From: Podarcis cretensis
Lineage: Eukaryota
Reading direction: 5' to 3'
Length of the DNA: 64,000 nucleotides
NCBI GenBank assembly: GCA_951804945.1
Contig: OX638158.1
Location: forward strand, 34,658,001-34,722,000
The notes under the pieces were generated by a model that made no database searches, had not been told where the DNA came from, and saw only the letters and a list, made by a program, of their open reading frames with translations. Below are positions 38,861-50,480 of the stretch, in pieces; position 1 is the stretch's first letter; each line of letters begins with the position of its first letter. The position numbers and the translations under genes are program-made.

Positions 38861-39231
38861 CAGTGGTGCCCCGCAAGACGAACGCCTCGCAAGACGAAAG
38901 GGTTTTCCGTTTTGGAGGCGCTTCGCAAAACGAATTTCCCTATGGGCTTGCTTCGCAAGACGAAAATGTATTGCGAGTTCCTGCGGGGTTTTTTCCCTCT
39001 CTCCCCCCCCCCTTTTTCTAAGCCCTAAGCTGCTTATCAGCTGATCCGCTGATAAGCCGCTTATCAGCGGATCCGCTGATAAGCCGCTTATCAGCTGATC
39101 CGCTAAAAGCCGCTAAACCGCTAATAGCACTAATCCGCTAAGATGTCAATGGGCTTGCTTCGCAAGACGAAAAAACCGCTATACAAAGAGCCTCACAGAA
39201 TGGATTAATTTCGTCTTGCGAGGCACCACTG
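38861..39231. mobile_element. Tigger-like (Tc1/mariner) MITE with an internal palindrome array
   Basis: TA|CAGTGGTGCCCCGCAAGACGAA ... TTCGTCTTGCGAGGCACCACTG|TA, with internal repeats of cgcaagacgaa. Confidence 0.92.
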
Positions 39232-39239
39232 TATGTCTC

Positions 39240-39820
39240 ACTGACCAGTTTAAGATAGTCTGGTCATAGTGTCACCAACCAAAATTTCTGAAAGCTTTTA
39301 AGAGCAGCCCCATGTAAAGTCATACTACCAAAGTTGATGCTTTAGCAGGCTTCAGAATGAATTTACCATGGCCAGAATTGTCTTCTGCAAGTAAGTGCAG
39401 CTTAGTATATCAGCAAAAGTGGTCCCAGCCCAGCAACCAGAAGCTGTTCCAGATCAAAGAACACATCAAAGCTGAAAGCCTCCATTTTTAGAGCAAATGC
39501 AACCCCATCCAAGGCAGGATATACAACAAACTCCAGATTCATTGGTTCTCACAATCAACAATATTTTTATCTTATTAGGATTGTTATTGCATATTCAATG
39601 ACACGCTGCTCCCTCAAGTTCAGTGTCCACTGTCTCCCTAGGGTCTGATGAAAAAGAGTGTGTGTGCCGAGTATCATCAGCGTATGGATGTCTTTTCAAC
39701 CAGGATTCCCAGACTAATGACCATGGGATATAACAGAATTCAACTGGCACCATTTTATGGGTCCGCAGCCCTAGGTTGGTGGTATTGAACACCACTGAAA
39801 AGCCCAGAAGAATCAACTAA
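39240..39820 (-). mobile_element. Decayed L2-type LINE RT fragment
   Basis: YADDT motif in minus ORF 39595..39816 plus other RT-like remnants. Boundaries approximate. Confidence 0.65.
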
Positions 39821-39916
39821 TTTGAGTAGGAATTTATTTGGCAACTATAATAACTGCAGCAGAAGTTCAGGATACACTTATTCTATAGGAAGTTCAGATT
39901 TCTGGCAGCTGCTTAC

Positions 39917-40114
39917 CTCTGGATCTGCTAGGCGTTGGGATAACCCTACTACGAATACAAGATTCTTCTGTACAACCCGTACACTGGCCAGATGTTTACG
40001 ATTCTCTGATATCTTCTGTTTTCTTTCATTTTGCTTCTGTTTCTTTTCATTTTTTATCCTTTGCAGCTCTTCTTGGGAGAGTGGTTTATACACTGCTGGA
40101 TCTTCTGGATATGG
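39917..40114 (-). CDS. CNOT4: CNOT4 coding exon: coiled coil and RRM start (PYPEDPAVYKPLSQEELQRIKNEKKQK...LVFVVGLSQRLADPE)
   Basis: tattAG|CCA ... GAG|GTAAGC, 198 nt. Confidence 0.97.
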
Positions 40115-41773
40115 CTAATAAAAAGAAAAGTGGGTAAGCCTTGATTAATAATTTCCACATCATTGTTTCCTGCAAACCTCAAGCCCGCTGCAATAGATGC
40201 TATATGAATGATATAGAAACAAGCAATGGCTTCAAATAAATCTGAGCCCACCAAGGAATAGGTGTGCAATTTCTGCCAGTGAGGCTTCTTAAACTTTGAT
40301 ATCATTCTTTGCAAAGATGGCTGACATTTCCTCCCTTGAGTTGTGCAGCAGCAGATAAAGGTAATGGTAGATAGGCAGCCATTACCTGCCTTCTCATTGT
40401 GAGAAGCTTGGTGCATTTCTATAGAATACAGAAAACAGAGTATAGTGATTAGACGTAAACTTGTTTCAAAGCAGGCATCTGAAAACATAATGGTTGATAT
40501 TATACGAGTATGAGTGCCATGATAAAACACTAACAGTAACTTGTCACAAAAACACAATAAATGACAATACCATGCTGATTAATACCTTTTTAAAAAAATT
40601 AAAAAATCAAAAACTTAAAGGAATGCAAGGCAACATTCAGTTTTTTACACATGCCTCTCTTTAACCACCACTGGCACATGAAATGTGACCCACTTTAGCA
40701 GGTCAATGAGTTCAAACAGCTGGGTCATCAGAAGCATTCAAAACAAATATCCTAGTGAAGTACTTAATGAGCATCTACAGATTTCAAACACCTCACCACA
40801 TTGCAGAAAAGGTGCAAATTTAGAAAAAAGATAGAGATGATGCAATAACCAAAACACATCTGTTCATTTAAAGAAGTTAAACTGAAAACAGTTTTAGGGT
40901 GGCACCTGGCTAAGTCTTACTTAGACCCACTGAAATAAATGAACTTTAGTTTATTTCAATGGATGTACACTAAGCATCACTTAACTGGATACCACAAGTA
41001 TACTAGCACAAGTAGTGTGGGAATTGCTTTTTCATGAGCAAACATTTAAAGTGCCCCAGCTATGTTGCCAGATGCCCATCTCATGTGCTCCATCGAAGGA
41101 TAAAAGTCCCTGATCCCTTGACCATATCAAGAAAACCATAGGTGGGAAGCCTCAGGCCCAGAGGCCAAGTGCTGCCTTCCAGGCTTCTCTAATCTGGTCA
41201 TCATCAGGACTCAGACACCCTTCACTGGCCCGACTCCATATTCTCCTCCAGCTCTTTTGCTTGGCTAGAATGTGTCCTTGAACAGTGGCAATGTATCTTA
41301 CTTATCTGGGTATCTTACACAGAAACCTGCTTCACTTTTTGCCTGTTGCTCTGATAACAGTTCCTATGACGAGAGGAAAGTCTTTCCATCTGTCTGACCA
41401 CCCTATTCCCACTTGCCCTGCCAACCAAGACACTTGTTGCAGATTTCAGAGGAGATGACTGGAAACAGCTGTGGCTGGAAGAAGTGGAGGGTACTGTATT
41501 GCCCAATGATATATGTACCACTAAACTGATGTTTACAGTGGTACTTGACTTCTGACAATTCATGAGTTCAGGAGAATACTTTGCGGAAAGTATAGAACTC
41601 AAAAGTCGAACGAAGATCAATATTTCACTTAAAGGGACTCCATATTCCTCCCTGGTTTGACAGTGAACCCCAAGATAAAGTCTTAGGGGACAAGATACAT
41701 CATGTTTAAAGCAACATTTCATATTGGTGAACCTTATTACATAACCAAATTTATTCTAATGAACTTAATATAC

Positions 41774-41947
41774 CTTTCTGCAAGCAGGGCAAAGCCCATT
41801 CTCATCAGTGCGAATACGATGCCAACAGAAGCGACAGATCTGGTAACCACAGGTGCAAGGGAAGAAGTTTATGTCATCAATTTCAAGAGGCTCCATACAA
41901 AGGGGGCATTCCACAGGGTCTTCCTTCGCATCTGGGCTGCGAGACAT
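41774..41947 (-). CDS. CNOT4: CNOT4 first coding exon, C4C4 RING (MSRSPDAKEDPVECPLCMEPLEIDDINFFPCTCGYQICRFCWHRIRTDENGLCPACRK)
   Basis: Recognisable CNOT4 N-terminus; donor AAG|GTATAT; 174 coding nt. Confidence 0.98.
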
Positions 41948-42032
41948 CTCTGTTTTCGCACAGCAGCAAAAAAGTATATAATAACTTAAGGGAGGAATAG
42001 CACAGAAAACTAAAATGAAGATACTTGAAGAT
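41948..42032 (-). other. CNOT4: 5'UTR part of CNOT4 exon 2
   Basis: Acceptor tctttttcttttccAG|ATC; 85 nt with no upstream ATG. Confidence 0.8.
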
Positions 42033-43732
42033 CTGGAAAAGAAAAAAGATGAATGAATTACTATTTAAGTCTACATTGGAGCATAACCAATTAATTCTCT
42101 CTGAATCAAAAAGCAGTTTATAAGCTTCTTTTTCCCTCCATTGCTTTTGCTTAAAATATTTCCCAGCCTCCAACTTAGTTTTCAAGGGGTATTAACCCAC
42201 AAAGTTTTCCACTCTCAATGAACTGTGAAAAAGAGTGGCATCTAACCCTTTAGTTTCTCCTACATTATCATCTAAAGGCGATGCACAATAAAAACATCTC
42301 AAATTATTTTACAACCCTTTGTTGTATAACAGCACAATGAAGTCCTCCAAGTAAACAGCCAAAGTGAAAATTTCTTCAAATCTTTGTTCTTACATGATTC
42401 ACAGAAAGCATTCTTATACGCTTTGGGGTTTGTAGCCCTCCCCCCAATCCTCAATATGTGGTGAAGACATTTACCACACTTAAAAATGAACCAATAGCCA
42501 AGCAGTATTCAATTGAGGGGGATGAAATTCCACAGCCGAGGGCTGGCATCAAGAAAAACCTCAACATGTCCTTGGATTTATAACACATGAGTATATTCTA
42601 TATCTTAGAAATCACAATGGTATGTGGAGGTTGTATGCAAGCTCTCCAGTATAATTACTGTGATAGAAACTGGCCTGCAGCAGTCTATTCAGTGATCAAC
42701 TAAATCAATAGCAGTCAAATCTGCAGCCTTTGGTTTAATATAATATAGATGGAAAGGAAAGGAAAAACACGAGAAAAATGGTGTGACAGAAAGGAAGAAA
42801 AGGGGTAGCCTGTCTCTTGCCCCACCCACTACCAGCATGCACCCCGTGTACCAACATTATCTTGGAGGCAATCTGGCCTTCAGAAAGAAGGTTCCCTGCA
42901 TTTGATTCTTTGACAAACATTGCTCAGGCAGAGTTAGAGAAGTTTTACATTTTATTCACTGAAGTGCCAGGGGTCCCTCAAACACATAAAGTCAGCTCAG
43001 AACCACCATAAATGCCAGCCCATGTAAATAGTGTTCATCTAAGTGTGCACCATTTGCAGTACTGAAGCAAACAATTCTTGAATTGATTCAGAAAAGCACA
43101 GATATTATCAGTATGGTTATCCCAAATGACCTCAATGTTTTTTCCTCTAACACTTGCTCAATCTCCAGTGGATTCCATCAATTTGACAAGATGAAAAACT
43201 AAATCAAAAAGCTTTTTACAAACATCAGCAAGCTGCCACTACTGGTTGCAGAAAAAAATGGAATACAAGGAATAGCGACTTCTACAACAATAGGTAGCAC
43301 TAGGCCACGAATACAAACACAAGCATCTGGGAACTACAAAATAATAGCACCATTATCTTGGTGCCCAGAAGCAGATAATATTTAGAATTTAACATGAACT
43401 GGTGTGCTAAAAGTAACCTTAGGTACTATGTTGAGAAACGATAGCTGGGATTCTGTATACATGTAAAAGACCAATTTGTCCAAGTGTTTAACAAAGTTCA
43501 TGATTTGTTTGGAACAAATTGAGAGAAATAGTTTTGCTTATCATACTGCACTTCAAGATTTGTAACTAACAACACAAATGATATCTGAACATGCTGTCTT
43601 CTAATTTGCCCTGCTTGTCCCTCAGTGGGCAAATACAACCAGATTCTAATCTAGAGAATGGGGTGTAGGTGTCAGCAAACACACTTAGAAATTCTTACTG
43701 AATTTCAGTGGAGTTACACTGACAGCAGAAGA

Positions 43733-44520
43733 CAGAGGTTTTCAACCTTTTCGAGTCCATGGCTCCCTTGACCAACTAAATTCTTTCTGCAGCACCACTG
43801 TGGGGCTCAGGAGCCCAGTTATGTCACCCCTTGCCTGCAGAGCTGGCAGCCTCTCATCCTTTTTCAAATACCCTCCCTTGTGGGGTGTTCCCTCAGCCTT
43901 CCCTCCCCTCTCCTTGGGAGTCCTCCGAGCAGCCGCTGTCAGCGCCCCTGGTCTCTGAGCTGTCCCCCACCCCAAAGAGAGGTGCCTCCCCACACTGCCC
44001 CACAGGGGCCTGGGAAAAGGATGCTCCCAGCCTTAGTGCCCCAATGGAAACTGGCCAAAGGTGAATGTGAAGCCAGCACCTTACCTTGAGAGTAAGACTC
44101 GCCTTCAGTGGTGGGAACTCAGCTCCCAGGCAGGCCTTGCACACAGCAAGCACAAGAAAGGCCAGTGCACCACCTGCCTGCTTGCCTGCCTATCTGGCCT
44201 CCCACTTGTCCGTCCATTCCAACAGCAAGGGCTGGTGGGCTGGCTGGCTGGGCCCCTTGCCCACTTGCTTACTCAGAGGCCAGCTCAGCTCCTGGCAACC
44301 AACACTCCCTGGCTAGTCCCAGAGGCACCATTCACCTGCGGAACTTGTAGCCAGGGCTGCTGCAATGAAAAGCTGTGCAAGCCTTTGGGAGGCAGAGATG
44401 TGAGAGAGCATCAGAGGAGGGAGGGAAAGAAAGGGGGGCAGAGACCAGTGTTGCCCGCGGCATCCCGACCATCATTCAAGGCACCCCAGGGTGCCACGGA
44501 ACACTGGTTGAAAAGCACTG
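43733..44520. mobile_element. Non-autonomous hAT element (~790 bp)
   Basis: TIRs CAGAGGTTTTCAACC / GGTTGAAAAGCACTG; imperfect 8-bp TSD gcagaaga/acataaga. The GC-rich interior explains the cluster of spurious ORFs. Confidence 0.8.
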
Positions 44521-45195
44521 ACATAAGAGCTAGGAGTGCCCTGCATAAAATATATCTGTCTGAAAGTGCTTTAGAATGAATTAACCAATTGCTGAGCTTC
44601 TCGCCACCACATGTAAGTATATGAACTAGATCCAAAACAGAAAATTTGGAAATACTTTATTGTACTTTTCTTTTTGAATTTGTATCTTCTTCCCAGAGAA
44701 TCTCCAAGCAGCTAAATGGGAGCTATCTCATGCACAACCACCTTGCACGGTAAGTGGATGAAACAATATTAGTCTGGGTCATCCAGTGAGCATTACAGAT
44801 CAACACGAATGTGAACTCAGGTCCCCTTGGTCTATGCCCCAAACTCTTGTTATCACCTAGAAATTCTGCAGATGTTTAGGGCTCCAATCTGCAGAAGTCA
44901 ACCACAGCTTATACCTATTCATTACTACAGCTTGCATCCTTTTAACATCCATGGACATAGAATGCAGGCCCATATATTAGACCTGGTGAGCCTATAAGTC
45001 TCTTCTAAATGAAACTGGACACTTTAGCAAGACTTTCCTCAGTTTACTCCCCAGATACTATTTTTGGCACCCTGTTAAGTAACTGCTTTTTATACAGCAA
45101 ACATCTTCTATTACAAACTACATTAACTCAGCAGTCACAGCATGAACACATTTGCATGAAGTGTAACTACGCAAAATATATGTGCCTTCATTAAA

Positions 45196-45313
45196 TACAC
45201 AGCTCCCCAGAATTTAAGGTGGGAACTCTCTCAACTCTACTTAGAGATGCAGGGGCTGGACCTAGGACCTTTTGCACGCAAAGCAGATTCTCTACAGCTG
45301 AGCTATGGCCCTT
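45196..45313 (-). mobile_element. tRNA-derived SINE fragment
   Basis: Minus strand reads aagggccatagctcagctgtagagaatctgctttgcgtgcaaaaggtcctaggtcca... Confidence 0.7.
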
Positions 45314-46081
45314 ATCCACAGAAGATCGACTCCAATCTAAAAAACTTACCACCCAGACGTACAGTTCTATTTTGTAACTCTGAAGCATCATATTGTTGTA
45401 TCTATACCACAGAGAATGGACATGGGGTCCACACACTGTCTATGAGTACTTCTGTGCTGCCCAGGAGTCTAGAAAATATCAAGTACTGTAGTTTTACTGA
45501 TACATGAACCACACAAGGCTAGAAACCATTTAAAATATTGCATCCTGAGTGACTAGGGATTTATTTCTTGAAACTAGCAAGTCCACAGCCCCAGCTGATG
45601 AGTGCTGCTTGCAAGTGTACTTCTCTATAAATATGTTCATCACCCTGTTGCAAGTTCTACATTTATGTGCAGCCAGAGACAAATATGTAATCATATGACA
45701 GTCTATGTGGATTTCATACTTCCTATGCAGAGGTGTTTTTTGTGTAGTCTCTCCTGCTTCCCCCCGCCCCCATCCCAAAGTTTTGGTTTTTGTAGTTGGA
45801 AAAATAAGCTTGAGAACATGAGGGAAGAGTGCCCTAGAAGGTTCAGATATCAAATAAAGAAAACTGCACGCTTCCCAAGTTAATCCAATGAAGTTAAGAC
45901 TTTGTCAAGAGTTAATACTGAGAAGGAAATTAAGCACTCCAACATGAAGAAAGGATCAGTTCAAAAAAAGAAGCTTGTCAGGCTTCACTGTTTCCAACCA
46001 CTTTTTCTAAAATTGTAGCATCATTAACAAAAGAGTACATAAATGTACATAGAATTATGATCACACAGTGTTACTGTAGGT

Positions 46082-46284
46082 CAGAGCTTTCCAAACTGTG
46101 TCGCGACACATTAGTGTGTTGGCTGCAGTGTGTAGGTGTGTCACACAAACACTCCCCACGTTCCTTCCGGGGCTGGAAAGTGGTTAGTTTAACCTCCGGG
46201 TTGCTAGTAAAACTGAATTACTGTGTCGCAAAATGATGCATGCCTAAAAGTGTGTCACCAACATGAAAAGTCTGGAAAGCTCTG
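46082..46284. mobile_element. hAT MITE
   Basis: TIRs CAGAGCTTTCCAAACT / AGTCTGGAAAGCTCTG; TSD ctgtaggt/ctgtagct (7/8). Confidence 0.88.
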
Positions 46285-46577
46285 CTGTAGCTGTATAAAA
46301 TCATATGCTATAGTCAGACTTGAACATTGGTTTCAGGAATGGACAGTTCACAAATAAGATAAAACTAAGTTGAACAAGAGAAACAGGAGAGCTAGAAGTT
46401 AACATGGGTTAGATACAGAAAAAGACGCAGGTGAAAGCCTCTATACGGAATGCACTACTATATACACACCCCACACATAGGTTGTCATGTAACCATCACA
46501 CAGGTGTACATTTTGCTGCATGCTTGCATCCAACATATTCATAGGAGAGAACTATCATGGGCACTACTCAACAGTTA

Positions 46578-46762
46578 AGGAAAGGGTTGCAGCTGAGTGG
46601 TGCAGCAAATGCTTTTGGTACAAAAAGTCCCAGTTCAATCCTTGGTAAGTCGAAGGAGGGCTGAGAAATATTTCTGTCTGAAACTCTCAGGAGCTGCTAT
46701 CATTCAGTGTTGACAATACTGAACTAGATGAACCACTGGTCTAACTCTACATAAGGAAAGCC
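46578..46762 (+). mobile_element. tRNA-derived SINE with LINE-derived tail
   Basis: A-box-like gcagctgagtgg, B-box-like gttcaatcc, body ...gacaatactgaactagatgaaccactggtctaactc... Confidence 0.7.
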
Positions 46763-47679
46763 TTCAGTTTGCCTCTGTTACTAGATCCAAGAAGTAAATA
46801 CCTAGTCACTCAGGATGAAGCAATTTAACAGTTTCAAAGGTGTCTGGCCAAAAATCAGTGAAAGCCCAGAGCTTGAAAGCAATGAGGCAAAACCTGCTGA
46901 AAATAAAAATATGCTAGTTTTACTGACTAATAACTTTTTATTTAGAAAAGTTACTGAATTTTATTCTTCAAATAGGTAAACTTTGGCAGGTTTGACTAAG
47001 AATTTACATAGGAAGCACTGGGCTGAAAAAGTCAGCTCAGCTCCACACTTATGCAGAAAAAGCCAAATCCTATCACATGCGACTGAGCACAGCAACTAAC
47101 ATAATGCTATTAGCGTAAGGTCATTATATCAGTCTGTTAATTGGCCACATTTAGAATTCTGTGTATAGATATAATCAATGCACCTCAAAAGAATATTATG
47201 AAAGTTAAGGAGGTACAGAAAAAGACAACTAAGATTCTTAGAAGGCTGAGAATTTATTGGGCCACTTTAACAATGTCAAAAGGCTTTGAGGTTATGGTTT
47301 TTCAATTTAGAGGGAAAGGATAGATTAATGTGGAATCACAGTTAAGAAGCACAAAACACAATTTCTAAAATGTAGTCTCTTATAGCTATTACAGCCACTG
47401 TGCCTTCACACAGAGTTTCTTATTTCTAACAGAGAAAGTCCTGTACTGTATGGCAGAAAAGTTCATCTATGCTTGCTAATTACATATATGCTACTCCAAT
47501 AAGATTTATCGTCTTACCTATTTTTCCAAGTTAACTAGAGAGATTGTCAACAGCTAAGAACCTAAATTGCTGTTCACTTTTATACTGGTAACTATTTTTG
47601 AGATAAGCCACTATCTACGCAGCAGTCCTTAGTTCAAGAGTTAGTTATGGCAATATAGCCAGATTTCAAATATCTAGAG

Positions 47680-47815
47680 CAGGCTTCCTCAACCTCGGCC
47701 CTCCAGTTGTTTTGAGACTACAATTCCCATCATCCCTGACCACTGGTCCTGCTAGCTAGGGATCATGGGAGTTGTAGGCCAAAAACATCTGGAGGGCCGA
47801 GGTTGAGGAAGCCTA
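47680..47815. mobile_element. Intact palindromic hAT-Charlie-like MITE (136 bp)
   Basis: 27-bp near-perfect TIR, arms pair over ~55 bp, perfect TSD ATCTAGAG (47672-47679 and 47816-47823). Confidence 0.95.
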
Positions 47816-48682
47816 ATCTAGAGTAGCAGTCAGAATACTTACAAGCTACATTTACTACCATGTACTCAATGTTCTAACTTTGGTCTTAATTCAAACATGG
47901 TGTAGTACTTAAAAGTGACATTCAGGTGTTGTAATCTCATTCATAAATTTCATCAAAACCCTTCAAAAGGTAATCACAATCAGTGTTACAATCATACATT
48001 TTATTTAAGATTTTTGATGGTTGCACTAAAATAATTTTTATTGTTCTCACAAATGTAATGTTACTACACACACACTGTTATGGGCATAACTAAAACTGAA
48101 ATAATTACAGGAAAAGGACATATATTAACAACGTAATGATATGGTCCTTGGGAAGGCATCTAAGGAGCCACAGAGTGTTTTGGATCTCCCCCCTCTGAGG
48201 GTGGAGAGAGACCTCATACGCCATACAACATCTAAACCTCTGTGGCCCCTGCCTTACTGACACTGGAGTTCTGACTTCTGTAGAAGAAAGAAGGGATGTG
48301 TCAAATCTGGAGTTATGAAGAATCCAAAGCCTTCTCCTTGCCCTGACCTGCTCCCAAAAGAGGGGAAATATACACTAGGAGGAAAACTGCTTTAAAGAAA
48401 AAGTAGGGGGGACTTTGGGCACGGGAAAAGGTAAAAACACTCTCCCTCTCTTTCACTGCATGCTTTAAGATTCTGATCAGGCAACATGTTCACCTTTAGT
48501 TATCCCTCTGCCCCACTTTGGACTGCTCTGCCCAGAAGTTAAAATCAGATGTGCAAGTGAGCTTACATCAGTTCTGCAGATTCTCAGAAAGGTAGACAAA
48601 GTCCTACTTATGTGCTCACATTCTTAAGAAAAATGCCATTTCAGGCCAATACTGCATAGAGAAATATGCTGGGGAGAATTAA

Positions 48683-48953
48683 AGGCTTGTCCACACATCT
48701 GCTTGCCCTGCCACATTTCTCTGAAGAAAAAGAAAAATGCTCTTTACTGCTGAATCGGAGCAAACGCCAACTGGGTTTTCAGTAGATTAACATTTGCTCC
48801 GATTCAGTGGTAAAAGAGCCGGTTTTGCCAGGTAAAGATGTGGAACAAATGTAAAACCACTCAGACCCATGCCTAGAAAGCACAGGACAAGCAGAAAACC
48901 TTTTGGACCACTGCTTTCAAGGAATGGGACAAGCGGACATGTGAACGAGCCCC
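48683..48953. mobile_element. Probable PIF/Harbinger-like MITE with an internal hairpin
   Basis: Imperfect termini aggcttgtccacac / atgtgaacgagccc; internal inverted repeat ctgaatcggagcaaa ... tttgctccgattcag. Confidence 0.55.
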
Positions 48954-49355
48954 CAGATTGAACTGGCCAAGTCAATTGTCTTTTGGAACTTATGAATCAT
49001 GAAATATATGCTTTAGTAAAAGTTTATTTTTGGGAGGGAGAATTATTACTATTTTTATTGTTCTTATTATTATTAAAATTAGTATAGCACCCTATACCTG
49101 CAGGTCTCAGGGCAGTTCACAACATAAATCACAATATCAAAATACATAATAAAAATAAGAGAAACCTAATAACCCCCCTCCCCAAATTAATATGCAAATT
49201 TAATACCCTTTAAAATGAAGAGAAGCAAAGCAGTTCAAAGTTCAGAAGCCTTATCCTTTGCCATAAACCAGTGAGAGAGATAGAGAGCTCAATGGTTGAT
49301 TTATACATGCAACAAGGTCTTTACCTAACCTCAATGAAACCCTGATTGCTTACCC

Positions 49356-49466
49356 CAGGGTTGTCATATTTCAAAAAGTGAAAATAAAATTCTTGAGCTT
49401 TTTTTTTCTTGCCAAAGTTGTTGAGCTTTTTATGAGGGTCAAATCCAGGCTATGTCTGGGAAATTC
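49356..49466. mobile_element. Short hAT-type MITE remnant
   Basis: Inverted termini cagggttgtcata ... tacggcagcccta. Confidence 0.5.
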
Positions 49467-50306
49467 TGGACATACGGCAGCCCTAGCTTACTCTGTAATT
49501 ACCACTTGGGGATACACCTAACACAAGAACGTTTTTTGAAGATGTTTCTCATGCCAACAGGTTACTTCTCCTTATGTGAAACCAAAACATACAACTGCTG
49601 GGCATGTGCTCTAATTTAATCACAAGTGCTATGGAAGAACAATATCATGAGCGGCACAGCATTGGAATAGTAAATATATATATGTATTTCTTTCATCAAG
49701 TTTCCTAGATACAGTTTCTCATCAGGGTACCTTCAAGTAGCAGCAGCTATCTACCAAATCTTTTCTTTTACAGGTGACTTGCAGCCATCTGTGTATATGC
49801 AGCTACTGAATGACATATTGGTGTGAACAGCTTTATACATGTGTGCAGACAAACCAGTAAACCCAGACAAGTTTTCTATCAGGAGTTTTAAAATCCAGTC
49901 TAGATTAGTCCAACACATCACCTAAACAGAAGCTGGTATTATTGTTTCTGAAAATGCTACAAGGATAATAAGTAAGATTATATAAACTTGAAACATATCT
50001 TTAAAGTTTAAGTTCTGGAAAAGTTCTGGAAAAGAATCAGAGCTTGTACAATTACTTTTCTTTGCATTCAGCAGTTATATCTTGATCTGAAATAAGTTTA
50101 CAAGCAGCTCCTCTTTCTTGATATAGTAAGCGGAAGGGCTTTCTTGATATAGAATATTATGAAGGAACTTCTTTTTATTAGTTACTCAGATGTTAGCTTT
50201 TCTGGGGAATGAAAAGAATGCTTCATAAAGTTTTCATATTGCTTGCCATAAAATCAGTGGACAAACGACAATTCAAGAACAGCCTATGCAAACATGTGAT
50301 TCCTGG

Positions 50307-50480
50307 AATCATAAAATCGTAGAGTTGGAAGGGACCCTGAGGGTCATGTAATCCAACCCACTGCAATGCAGGAATCTCAATTAAATCCTACATGACAGAT
50401 GGCCATCCAACCTCTGCTTGAAACTGCCAAGGAATGAGAGTCCACCACCTCTTGCGGAAATCTGTTCCACTTCACAACAG
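50307..50480 (-). mobile_element. CR1 3'-end fragment
   Basis: aatcataaaatcgtagagttggaagggacc...tccaaccc, the reverse complement of the typical CR1 3' terminus with its short repeat tail. Confidence 0.8.

Noticed and set aside
39031-39047. tgcttatcagctgat resembles miR-21 (UAGCUUAUCAGACUGAUG)
   Set aside because: Seed mismatch and an indel, no miR-21 star arm, located inside a MITE; miR-21 resides at VMP1.
39032-39111. CRISPR-like palindromic repeats
   Set aside because: Eukaryotic intron, no spacers, no cas genes.
40054-40557. 167-aa minus ORF abutting exon 3, and the 135-aa ORF at 41315-41722
   Set aside because: Intronic, non-ATG or weak starts, out of frame with CNOT4, no domain features.
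43742-44635. Cluster of ORFs up to 172 aa
   Set aside because: Inside a GC-rich non-autonomous hAT element; no transposase motifs.
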